In this document: positions 16,209 to 23,730 of the stretch, in pieces
Layout: every line of letters starts with the position of its first letter
How positions within the stretch are numbered: the stretch's first letter is position 1
Virus record (IMG/VR): IMGVR_UViG_3300010048_000030
Location: 1 to 32,035 of that record
Length of the DNA stretch: 32,035 nt
Strand: one strand, 5' to 3'
Source of the DNA: a virus
Taxonomy: Duplodnaviria; Caudoviricetes
Program-made: the position numbers and the translations under genes
The notes under the pieces: generated by a model
The model's input: the letters and a program-made list of their open reading frames with translations, nothing else
What the model was told of the DNA's origin: nothing
The model's database searches: none

Positions 16209-16796
16209 TCAGCGGCGCTGCGGGCCCGGGGGGTGGGTGAAGCGCGCAATCGTCGTGAAGTTTTGCGGGGGCCTCGGGGCGGGCCACACGCGGCCCTGGG
16301 GCTGCGCTGGCGGCGGGGGCGGGGGTTGGGTGGGCTGACGTCCCACCGGGGCGGCGTGCGGCCCCTGGCGGGCCGCCTGGCGGGCCTGCTGGATGGCTGC
16401 GGCGGCCGCCGGCGGCAGCGGGGGCGGGCCGGCGTCGATCACCTCGTACTGGCCGCTCCGCCCCGCCTCGAGGTCCACCATCTTGATGTTCCGGCCGGAG
16501 AGCCCATGGGGGCAGTCCCCGCAGTAGCGGATCACCCCCTCGGTGATGAAGTAGTGGCAGAGGGTGACGCGCCGCTCCGGCTGGGGCGGGGTCGCCTCGG
16601 GGTCGGCCGGCCGGGTGTAGAAGTGGAGGACCGAGGGGCTGAAGGTCGGGGCCGTGAGGCTCTCGTTCCAGCTCCAGATCGGGCGCGTGCCCTCGACCCA
16701 CCGCTCGCTCTTGACCCGGACCCAGTGCTCCTCCTTGCAGCCCGGGCACCAGAAGTGGAACCCGCCCCGGTCGGGCCCGCCCTCGAGGAGGGCCAT
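16209..16796 (-). CDS. DUF6527-like Cys/His protein with Pro/Gln-rich tail (195 aa; start at ATG 16796)
   Basis: FWCPGC...H...WSWN.S...PTFSPSVL...CHYFITEG.I.YC.DC.H.L.G; starts 4 nt after the tube stop. Confidence 0.75.
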   Translation of the reverse strand: MALLEGGPDRGGFHFWCPGCKEEHWVRVKSERWVEGTRPIWSWNESLTAPTFSPSVLHFYTRPADPEATPPQPERRVTLCHYFITEGVIRYCGDCPHGLSGRNIKMVDLEAGRSGQYEVIDAGPPPLPPAAAAAIQQARQAARQGPHAAPVGRQPTQPPPPPPAQPQGRVWPAPRPPQNFTTIARFTHPPGPQRR

Positions 16797-16800
16797 CGGG

Positions 16801-17250
16801 CTACGCCAGGACCGGCGCCGGCGCGGGGAAGACCCCCTGCCACCGGATGGTGAAGCGCCGCGGCTGCAGGATCTTGTGGGCCGGGGGGAGGGGCTGGTAG
16901 GCGGTGAGGAAGCCCTTCGGCATCGAGTAGAGCTTCTGCGGGCCCAGGAGCAGGGTGGTGCCCGAGAGCACCTCCACCCCAAGGTTCGTCTGCTGCCACG
17001 ACTGCACCGCCTCGAAGAAGTCGATGGTGCTCGAGTCCGCCTGGACCATGAACACCTGGTCGATCGGCTTCGGGGTGTAGCCGCCCGACAGGATACCATC
17101 GACCCCCATCAGGGTCTCGACCGGCTCGATCGCGTCGGTGTCGTAGATGTTGTCGGCCGAGAAGCCCTGGAGCTGGAACGGCGCCGCGAAGACGTCCGGC
17201 GCCGTGATGAAGATCGCGGCGTTCGCCGCCGTGATGTTGCGCGCGACCAT
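16801..17250 (-). CDS. Tail tube protein (149 aa)
   Basis: R.IT.ANA, LQGFSAD, ET.MGVDG.LSGG, QADS, G.LT...P.P...KILQP motifs; directly after the sheath; GGAGG SD. Confidence 0.85.
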   Translation of the reverse strand: MVARNITAANAAIFITAPDVFAAPFQLQGFSADNIYDTDAIEPVETLMGVDGILSGGYTPKPIDQVFMVQADSSTIDFFEAVQSWQQTNLGVEVLSGTTLLLGPQKLYSMPKGFLTAYQPLPPAHKILQPRRFTIRWQGVFPAPAPVLA

Positions 17251-17274
17251 CCGGTCCCTCCCTTAGCGCCCGGC

Positions 17275-19230
17275 CTACAGGACCGCGGTGCTGTTGAGTT
17301 CGATCTGCTGCACCGACTGGCCGTCGGTGTACCAGAAGTTGATGACGAGCGGCCCCCGGGCCTGCCGGACCTGCGGGGTCGCGGGCACGATCTGGAGGAA
17401 CCACCCCTGGTTCTGCAGCGCGGTGGCGGCCGCCGGCGAGGGGAGGGCCGCGGCCTCGGAGGCCGAGAGGGTGACGCCCGCGCGGATCGCCCCGAAGGTG
17501 AGGGCCTGCTGGATCGGGCCCGCGTTCGAGGTGTTGGTCGCGGGCCCGCCCCCGAGCGCCTCTTGGATCAGCGCATAGCCGGCCGCGTTGAAGGGGATCG
17601 AGCGGACCGAGGCGTAGAGCTGGAGGATCGCCAGCTGGAGGATGTTCTTCAGCCAGATCGCGTTCACGTAGCTGTCGATGAACAGGAAGGGGCCCGTAAC
17701 AACGCCGGGGTAAATCCAGGTGAAGTTCTCCGACGGCGTAGAATAGGTGCCGTAGAAGTTGATGTTGTTGGCCTTCAGCTGGGCCGCCTGGGTCCCGTTG
17801 GTCACCTCGGCCGGGATGCCGGACTGGGAGCGGAACGCCAGATCGGTGCGCCCGTTCGCCTGGGTGAAGTCGATCGAGGCCACCATCCCGGAGAGCATCG
17901 CGGCGTCCAGGGCGTCGTTGATCGGGGTGTAGAACAGCGCCGAGCCCGAGTAGCCGGCCGACTGGATGGCCCCGAGGATGGTCGCGGGGTCCGCGTTGAC
18001 GTTCGCGGCCGAGGGGTCCCAGGGGATGTACATGATCTCGGTCGCGAGACTGTTGGTCCACTGGGCGAACGAGAGCGCGTCGGCCTGATCGGGCTCGAAC
18101 AGGGTGAAGAAGTCGACGAAGTTCTGGAAGGTGTTCCAGAGGGCGGCCATGTAGCTGCCCGGCGAAGCCAACGGGGCCCCCTGGGAGTCGACCGCCCCGG
18201 TGGCGGCAGTGAGGAGCAGCGAGGTGGCGATCGCCCCGGTGGGGAAGTTGATGGTCCCCGGGGTGCCGGGCGTCCCCCCGGTGATGATAAAGGCGCCGGA
18301 GACGGAGTCGAAGGTCACCACCGCGGCGCCCGCCGTCATCGCCTCCGAGGCGACGGTTTGGGTCGGGGAGACGACGTAGGTCCCCGCGCCCCCGGTCCCC
18401 GAGATCGGGGCCGTGATGACGGAGCCGGCCGCCAGGCCCGCGCCCGCGAGCGCCTGACCGGGCTCGATGACGCCGGTCACGCTGGAGGCGGTGAGCTCGG
18501 CGTAGGTCTCCGAGAGGGTCTCCGAGGAGACCGACTGCTTGCCCGGCGAGACGGTGTAGGTCCCGACCCCGCCCGGCGTCCCGGTGATCTGGTTCAGGAC
18601 GACGGTGTTGGCCGCGACCCCGGTCCCGGTGATCGCCCCCCCCACGACCACGACCCCCGAGGAGACCGCGGTGATGTCCATCACGTCGTCCGCGATGGTG
18701 CCGGTGAAGCTGCCGGTCTCGGGCGCCAGGACGCCGGTGAAGGCGGAGTCGTTGGCCGCGAGGGCGGTCTGGATGATGGAGGCGGCGTTCGAGAACGAGG
18801 TCGCGCTCGCGAGGTTGATCGACGAGGAGGTCCACGACACCCCGTTGATGACCACCGTGAGGTCGCCGGGCGCGATCGCCTGCAGCTGGGCGAGGGTCAG
18901 CTCGGCCGCGATGTCGCCGCCCCGCACGTAGGGGGGGACTGCCGCCGCCCAGGGGTACTGGGAGAACAGCATCGCCCCGGGGGTGATCCCCTGGATCGGA
19001 GACCCCTGGAAGCCGAGGAAGTAGACCTGGGCCTTGGCGTACTCGTCCGACGAGAGGCCGAAGTAGTTCCCGACCGCCTGCGCATCCGGGAAGGAGAGCA
19101 CGGCGCCGATCGGCGGCCGCGTCGAGGTGGTGAGGCAGAGCCCCAGCATGTCGAGGCCGGTCCCGCCGGCGGCGAGCACGCCAGGGATCACGTTGGCGAC
19201 TTGAGAGGCGGGGATACCTTGCGCGGGCAT
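17275..19230 (-). CDS. Tail sheath protein, DUF3383-like, enlarged by two inserted repeat domains (651 aa)
   Basis: IPASQ..NV.PGVL.AGG, V..YFG.SS.EY..A..YF.GF, ASIDF...NGR...AFRSQSG, D.YVN.IWL, SIP.N..GY, Q.RQAR, FWYTDG.SVQ.I. Confidence 0.93.
   Translation of the reverse strand: MPAQGIPASQVANVIPGVLAAGGTGLDMLGLCLTTSTRPPIGAVLSFPDAQAVGNYFGLSSDEYAKAQVYFLGFQGSPIQGITPGAMLFSQYPWAAAVPPYVRGGDIAAELTLAQLQAIAPGDLTVVINGVSWTSSSINLASATSFSNAASIIQTALAANDSAFTGVLAPETGSFTGTIADDVMDITAVSSGVVVVGGAITGTGVAANTVVLNQITGTPGGVGTYTVSPGKQSVSSETLSETYAELTASSVTGVIEPGQALAGAGLAAGSVITAPISGTGGAGTYVVSPTQTVASEAMTAGAAVVTFDSVSGAFIITGGTPGTPGTINFPTGAIATSLLLTAATGAVDSQGAPLASPGSYMAALWNTFQNFVDFFTLFEPDQADALSFAQWTNSLATEIMYIPWDPSAANVNADPATILGAIQSAGYSGSALFYTPINDALDAAMLSGMVASIDFTQANGRTDLAFRSQSGIPAEVTNGTQAAQLKANNINFYGTYSTPSENFTWIYPGVVTGPFLFIDSYVNAIWLKNILQLAILQLYASVRSIPFNAAGYALIQEALGGGPATNTSNAGPIQQALTFGAIRAGVTLSASEAAALPSPAAATALQNQGWFLQIVPATPQVRQARGPLVINFWYTDGQSVQQIELNSTAVL
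18330..18712 (-). repeat. Two nested copies of the shared virion beta-domain within the sheath
   Basis: SFTGTIADDVMDITAVSSG...GGVGTYTVSPGKQSVSSETL and ELTASSVTG...GTGGAGTYVVSPTQTVASEAM; boundaries approximate. Confidence 0.9.
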
Positions 19231-19239
19231 GGTCAGCTC

Positions 19240-19794
19240 CTACGGGGTCAGCGCATCCGCTGGCGCCTTCAGGGTGAGCGCCACCGTATCCGCGAATTGT
19301 TGAGTCGTCGCCACCTGGACCGAGAGCTCGAAGGAGGGCTTCAGGACCCAGCGGTCTTCCCACTGCTGCTGGTCGTTGGTGAAGCCCATCTGGAACCCGT
19401 CGTCGCACGTCAGGGGCGCGATGCCGGAGTCCCCCGGGGCGAAGAAGTCGTAGCCGTAGGTCGACCGCAGCAGGGTGGTGATGAGGTTCACGTTGTCGGT
19501 CGACTGGGCCCCGAAGACATCCAACTGGATGTCGGCCGCGACGCTCTGGCCGTGCGCCATCTGCGTCGGCGCCGGCGCGGGGGCGGGGGCCATGTCCCAG
19601 GTGTCGACGGTGGTCGCGAGGCGCCGGAGGCCGATCCACGTCACCAGCACATAGTCGGGCCCGGTGGGCTCGGGGACGCGGTTCGCCTGCGCGATGATGA
19701 CCTCGACCCCGTTCGGCAGGATCGAGAGGAGGAAGCCCCGCAGGAGCGAGCACGTGACCTCGCGGGTGGGGAGGGGGCCCGAGGGGACGGGCAT
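19240..19794 (-). CDS. Tail terminator / neck protein (184 aa; start at ATG 19794)
   Basis: LRGFLL.ILP..VEVI.AQ.NRVPEP, IQLDVFG, PL..DD..Q..F.N.QQQWE.RW motifs; TGATG overlap; directly before the sheath. Confidence 0.85.
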   Translation of the reverse strand: MPVPSGPLPTREVTCSLLRGFLLSILPNGVEVIIAQANRVPEPTGPDYVLVTWIGLRRLATTVDTWDMAPAPAPAPTQMAHGQSVAADIQLDVFGAQSTDNVNLITTLLRSTYGYDFFAPGDSGIAPLTCDDGFQMGFTNDQQQWEDRWVLKPSFELSVQVATTQQFADTVALTLKAPADALTP

Positions 19795-19967
19795 CAGCTG
19801 ACCTCCTCGAGTCGCCGCGCCCCGAAGGCCACGAGCCGCCGCCCCTCGCACCTGGGGCAGAGGTCGTAGCCTGAGGGCCACTGGGCCGCAGGGACCTTGC
19901 CGGCGCCGTCGCACGTGTCGCAGATGCGGCCGGGCGTGCCAGGCGGGGGGAGGGGGGTGTCGCTCAT
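19794..19967 (-). CDS. 57-aa DnaJ-type zinc-finger mini-protein
   Basis: CDTCDGAG and CPRCEGRR; ATGA overlap upstream and TGATG overlap downstream. Confidence 0.75.
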   Translation of the reverse strand: MSDTPLPPPGTPGRICDTCDGAGKVPAAQWPSGYDLCPRCEGRRLVAFGARRLEEVS

Positions 19968-20626
19968 TGGTCCTGCGTCGCCATCTGGAGCACCACCGCG
20001 ACGTGGCACCAGCCCGCCGCGTCCCAGCCTTCGAGCACCCCCACCACCAGCCAGGTGTCGTTCGTCTCCCCGGTGAGGCCGGTCGGCGCGAGGAGGAGAT
20101 CGCCCCCCTTGCCGTCGGGGCCGGCCGCGACCACCGCCGGCCGGACGACGCCCTGCGCCTGCCCGTTCATCCAGACCGCCCGCTTGGTCCCCTGGAGGTT
20201 CAGGCCCTGGATCTGCGCCAGCTCGCCGGCCGAGAGGGCCTGGAACTGCATCGGGATCCCGGTGAAGGACTGGAACTGGGGCGTGCGGGTCCCGGGCCCG
20301 GTGGCGCTCATCGCCTCGGCCGAGACCGTCTGCGGCGCCGGGGTGATCTGGTAGGTCCCCAGGCCGCCGGTCGGGCCCGAGAGCTGCTGGACGATGGTGG
20401 TCCCCGGGCCGACGTTCTCCAGCCCGTCCCCGACGAGCGAGCCCGGGGCCAGGGCCCCGGAGGCGATGGCGCTCACCGTCAGGACGTCCGTGGCGATCGC
20501 GCCGGTGAAACTGGCGTCGCCCAGCTGGACGGAGCCGGCCGACGACTCCCAGGTCCCGATGAGGTTCGGGTTCACCGCGCCCGAGATGTAGCGGTTCGAG
20601 ATCGCATGGAGGTTGCGGAGCGCCAC
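19964..20626 (-). CDS. Head-closure/stopper-type neck protein with an inserted repeat domain (220 aa, GTG start)
   Basis: NLH.I....I.AVNP, Q.QALS..EL.QI.GLNLQG, GVVR...KGGDL, WLV..VLE.W...W motifs; synteny. Confidence 0.8.
   Translation of the reverse strand: MALRNLHAISNRYISGAVNPNLIGTWESSAGSVQLGDASFTGAIATDVLTVSAIASGALAPGSLVGDGLENVGPGTTIVQQLSGPTGGLGTYQITPAPQTVSAEAMSATGPGTRTPQFQSFTGIPMQFQALSAGELAQIQGLNLQGTKRAVWMNGQAQGVVRPAVVAAGPDGKGGDLLLAPTGLTGETNDTWLVVGVLEGWDAAGWCHVAVVLQMATQDQ
20300..20516 (-). repeat. Copy of the shared virion beta-domain within the neck protein
   Basis: ASFTGAIATDVLTVSAIASGALAPGSLVGDGLENVGPGTTIVQQLSGPTGGLGTYQITPAPQTVSAEAM; boundaries approximate. Confidence 0.9.
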
Positions 20627-21078
20627 TAGAGGACCTCCGAGTCCGCCGAGTTGAGCATGTGGGAGGTGTGGACCAGCTGGGTGTCGAAGCCCTTGCGGCG
20701 GATCGTCTCCTCTTTGAGCGGGGCGAACCCCCCGGCCAGGATGCTGCCCTGGAGCTGCTCGACCATGATCCGGCCGGCGAACTCCAGGGCCCGCCGCGCA
20801 TCTCCCCCGGACCGGCGTAGGCCCTCGCTGATGAGCGAAGGCCAGCCCGCCTGGTTCTCGTCGACCATGCGGTCGAAGAACGGCCGCGGCGGTAGGCCCG
20901 CAGACGGAGCGCCGAAGTTGTGGGCCGCGGCCACCAGGGCGACCGGCGTCCCATCGGGGTAGGTCGCCCCCTCGAGGAAGCCGACCCGGAGCTCGCGGGC
21001 AGAGGAGAAGCCGCGCGCCATCTCCGCGAGAGTGCGCGACAGCTCGTCCCCGCCCTTGATCTCGACCCCGATCGCCAT
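20626..21078 (-). CDS. Neck/tail-completion protein (HK97 gp10-like), 150 aa
   Basis: LRVGFLEGATYPDGTPVA.VAA..NFGAP..G.PPRPFF, PL...TI.RKG..T.L..T.HML.S. Confidence 0.85.
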   Translation of the reverse strand: MAIGVEIKGGDELSRTLAEMARGFSSARELRVGFLEGATYPDGTPVALVAAAHNFGAPSAGLPPRPFFDRMVDENQAGWPSLISEGLRRSGGDARRALEFAGRIMVEQLQGSILAGGFAPLKEETIRRKGFDTQLVHTSHMLNSADSEVL

Positions 21079-21082
21079 CTCG

Positions 21083-21430
21083 CTAGAGGCGGACCCAGTT
21101 GTAGATCGAGGTGTCGGACGCGGTGCCCTTCACGTCGAAGCCGGTCCCGGCGGTGACCCCGGTCACGACCGGCTGCGCCCCCTGGGTCCCCCCGAGGGTG
21201 TTGAGCGAGATCGCGTAGACCGAGGTCGCGAGCGCGCCGGTGTCCGGCACCGCGACCGGCGTCGCCCCATTGAGGGTGAAGGTCCCGCGGCCGGGAGCGA
21301 AGGGGACGCCCCCGACCTCCAGCGACTCGAAGCTCGCGGCCTCGGCCCCGGTCCCGACGGTGGTCTCCGTGATCGGGAGCACGACGTCGCCAATCGGCGG
21401 CGAGAAGACGGTGGTCTTGGTTGCGGCCAT
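21083..21430 (-). CDS. Small beta-rich virion protein (115 aa), possible collar/whisker decoration
   Basis: GTFTLNGATPV.V...T.GTGF.V..TA.DTS.YNW pattern, similar to ends of phage fibre proteins; AGGAGG SD. Confidence 0.75.
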   Translation of the reverse strand: MAATKTTVFSPPIGDVVLPITETTVGTGAEAASFESLEVGGVPFAPGRGTFTLNGATPVAVPDTGALATSVYAISLNTLGGTQGAQPVVTGVTAGTGFDVKGTASDTSIYNWVRL

Positions 21431-21443
21431 CTGGCCCTCCTGT

Positions 21444-21929
21444 TCAGAACTGGCCCCCGCCGGGCAGGTAGATCCCCGGCTGGAAGAAACCGAATGGCCC
21501 CCAGGGGCCCGATGCGCGGCGGCTCGGGAGGTAGCGCATGGTGCGGAACTGCGCCGTCGCCTCCCACCAGAAGGAGCCGTACTTGCTTTGCTGCCACCAC
21601 TGGGCCGAGCCCGGGGGGTAGTCGTTCTCCGCGTGGACGCTGACCGAGCCCTCGGTGGCGTCCGAGATCCTGCCGACCAGCGGCGAGGAGGGGTCGGGGT
21701 TCGAGGTCGGGCCGCTGACGGGGTATATCAGCGCGCAGACGTGCGAGGTCACCAGGTTGAGGAGGGTGAGGGCGATCACCGCGTCGTTGATCGGCCCCGA
21801 GCCGTCGTTCGCCTGCTGGAGGGTCGCGAGGTTGAAGGCAGCGGTCGCCTGCTGCTGGGAGATGTAGGCCGCCTGCTGCGGGTCTTGGGCGGCCCACGTC
21901 CCGTAATCGAACGTGACGACCACGCCCAT
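21444..21929 (-). CDS. Head-tail adaptor, DUF4054-like (161 aa)
   Basis: LL.L.T.H...L, VGRIS.ATEGSVSV, WW.Q..YG..WW.ATA.FRT.RY. Confidence 0.9.
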   Translation of the reverse strand: MGVVVTFDYGTWAAQDPQQAAYISQQQATAAFNLATLQQANDGSGPINDAVIALTLLNLVTSHVCALIYPVSGPTSNPDPSSPLVGRISDATEGSVSVHAENDYPPGSAQWWQQSKYGSFWWEATAQFRTMRYLPSRRASGPWGPFGFFQPGIYLPGGGQF

Positions 21930-21944
21930 GCGGCTTCCCGGCTG

Positions 21945-22499
21945 TTAGGCCGCCTCCTCCGCGAACTTCTTCAGCCCCTGGAGGTTGGCGCCGGGGCGCG
22001 GGCGCCGCGGGTCGTTCTCCGTCAGCATCGCCCCCAGGCCGGTCCAGCTGGCCGACTTCGGGTCCTCGGGCGCGCCCCGCTCCTCGGCCTCGGCGTCGCC
22101 ATACTCGCGCTTCTCGGCGGCGTAGATGTAGCCCTTCTGCACGATGGGGTTCTGCTTGTTGTCCGCAAGCCAGCGCTCCCAGGTGTCCTTGTCGACCCCC
22201 TCGGTGACCCCGAAGCCGAGCACCACCCGATGGCGGGCGCGCGGCTGGTCGAGGCGGGTCGGCTTGTCCCCCCCGCCGTTGATGTGGATCGGCATCCCGT
22301 CCTGCTCCGCGATCGTGTAGTCGCGGAAGCCGCCGCCCAGCACCGGCTCGGAGCGCTCGACCATGCGGAAGACCCGGAGGTCGAGGCCGTTCGGCAGGCA
22401 GCAGTAGACCGTCACCTTGGCGCCGGCGGCCTCGGGGGCCTTGGTGGGGCGCTGGACTTGCGTCGCGGGCGCAGCGGTCTTCTCGGCTGCATCAGCCAT
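21945..22499 (-). CDS. Conserved post-capsid protein (184 aa)
   Basis: V.V.C.LPNGL, GFG.TEGVD...W..WL..NK...V..G.I.A, typical of the gene after the capsid in this phage group; AGGAG SD. Confidence 0.85.
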   Translation of the reverse strand: MADAAEKTAAPATQVQRPTKAPEAAGAKVTVYCCLPNGLDLRVFRMVERSEPVLGGGFRDYTIAEQDGMPIHINGGGDKPTRLDQPRARHRVVLGFGVTEGVDKDTWERWLADNKQNPIVQKGYIYAAEKREYGDAEAEERGAPEDPKSASWTGLGAMLTENDPRRPRPGANLQGLKKFAEEAA

Positions 22500-22516
22500 T
22501 TGGCTCTCTCCTGTGG

Positions 22517-22535
22517 CCCGGCCGAAGGGGCCGGG
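22517..22535 (-). promoter_or_regulatory. GC hairpin after the major capsid gene (no U-tract)
   Basis: Minus strand CCCGGCC-CCTTC-GGCCGGG, just before the next SD; possible mRNA stabiliser or attenuator. Confidence 0.5.
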
Positions 22536-22556
22536 TCGAAAGCTACAGCCGGGCGC

Positions 22557-23690
22557 CTAGACGCCCAGCATCGAGGCGATCCCCGGGGGATAGCGGATGA
22601 TCGCCCCCCAGGTCCCGCCGGTGACCTTCTGCCGGAAGCTCGACAGGCCGAAGACGATCTTGTGGGCCCGCATCTTCTCGTTGAAGGCGCAGAACCCCAC
22701 GTCCTGGCCCTCGACCGAGTCCGCCAGCACCTGCACGAGGTTGCCGGCCGAGTTGCCCTGCGGGTTCTGCGTCGAGGCGACCCCGTACTGCACGCCGGTC
22801 TTGAACGTCATGCCGGGGAAGTTGTCCTTCAGCAGCCGCTTGACGTTCACGTTGAACGAGTTGGCGAAGTTGAGCGCCATGCTGATCTGCGGCGAGAGGG
22901 CCACGGTGACCGAGGCCTCCGCGTCCACCAAGCCGGCGTTCTGCGTCACCAGGGCGGTCATGATCGCCAGCAGGTCGTTGTAGACCTCGTTGGCCGAGGC
23001 GTTGGGCGCGCCCCCGTTGGTGAACCAGGTCACCCCGCCGTTGGCCTTCGGGGCCGGGGTCAGGGAGGCGGCCAGCAGGGGGTCGTTCAGCAGGCCGTAG
23101 TTCTGCAGGCCCGTCACGCCGAAGAAGTAGGTCAGGTTGGCGAACTTATCCATCAGGGTCGCCGCCGACTTGTTCAGCTCAGAGACCCAGTTGAGCCGCG
23201 CGAGGCCCGCCCGCTCGAGCTCGCGCTCGCCGTACTCCATGATGGTCTGCCAAAGGTAGCTCTGGTAGTTCGCCCAGTTGGTGTTGGCGGTCGCGCGCCC
23301 GTTCTCCGAGCGGTCGCCGTAGCTGGAGACCTCGCCCGCGTGCTCCGCGATCGGGAACAGGGCGGTGTCCATCAGCCAGTCGCCCTTCCGCACCTCACCG
23401 AAGATGTCGGCCGCGGTGTTGGGGGCGAACAGGACCTCGTAGACGTCGGGGTCGACGTAGGTCGCGAGGATCGCCGGCACGGCCGAGTTGGGGTCGGTCT
23501 GGATCAGCGACTGGGGGGCGCCGGGGTAGGCGTCCATCGCGAGCGCATAGTCGTGCCGGTAGGCCTCCGGCAGGTACGAGGTCGCGTGGGGGAAGTAGAC
23601 CCCCGCGTTCTCGAAGAGGGCCTTGTCCTCCGCGAACCGGGCGCGCGCCTGGGAGGGGGAGAGGCCGCGGAGCTTGTTCTTCTTCGCCAT
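22557..23690 (-). CDS. Major capsid protein, DUF2184-like (377 aa)
   Basis: YVDP....LFAP..AA.I.GEV.KGDW, E..GEVSSYGD, YGERELERAG, YFFGV.GLQNYGL.NDP.L, F.EKMRAH, QK.T.GTWGAIIR.P. Confidence 0.95.
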   Translation of the reverse strand: MAKKNKLRGLSPSQARARFAEDKALFENAGVYFPHATSYLPEAYRHDYALAMDAYPGAPQSLIQTDPNSAVPAILATYVDPDVYEVLFAPNTAADIFGEVRKGDWLMDTALFPIAEHAGEVSSYGDRSENGRATANTNWANYQSYLWQTIMEYGERELERAGLARLNWVSELNKSAATLMDKFANLTYFFGVTGLQNYGLLNDPLLAASLTPAPKANGGVTWFTNGGAPNASANEVYNDLLAIMTALVTQNAGLVDAEASVTVALSPQISMALNFANSFNVNVKRLLKDNFPGMTFKTGVQYGVASTQNPQGNSAGNLVQVLADSVEGQDVGFCAFNEKMRAHKIVFGLSSFRQKVTGGTWGAIIRYPPGIASMLGV

Positions 23691-23730
23691 GGCGAGGGTC
23701 CTCTAGGAGAGCTGCAGGGGCGGCGGCCGG

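Noticed and set aside
16532-19869. Very long alternative ORFs (16532..19753 minus, 1073 aa; 16654..19869 plus, 1071 aa)
   Set aside because: Arg/Gly/Pro-rich shadow frames of the sheath and tube genes, expected from stop-codon scarcity at this GC content; no motifs.
22517-22535. Post-capsid hairpin as an intrinsic terminator
   Set aside because: No U-tract follows; kept only as a generic regulatory hairpin.
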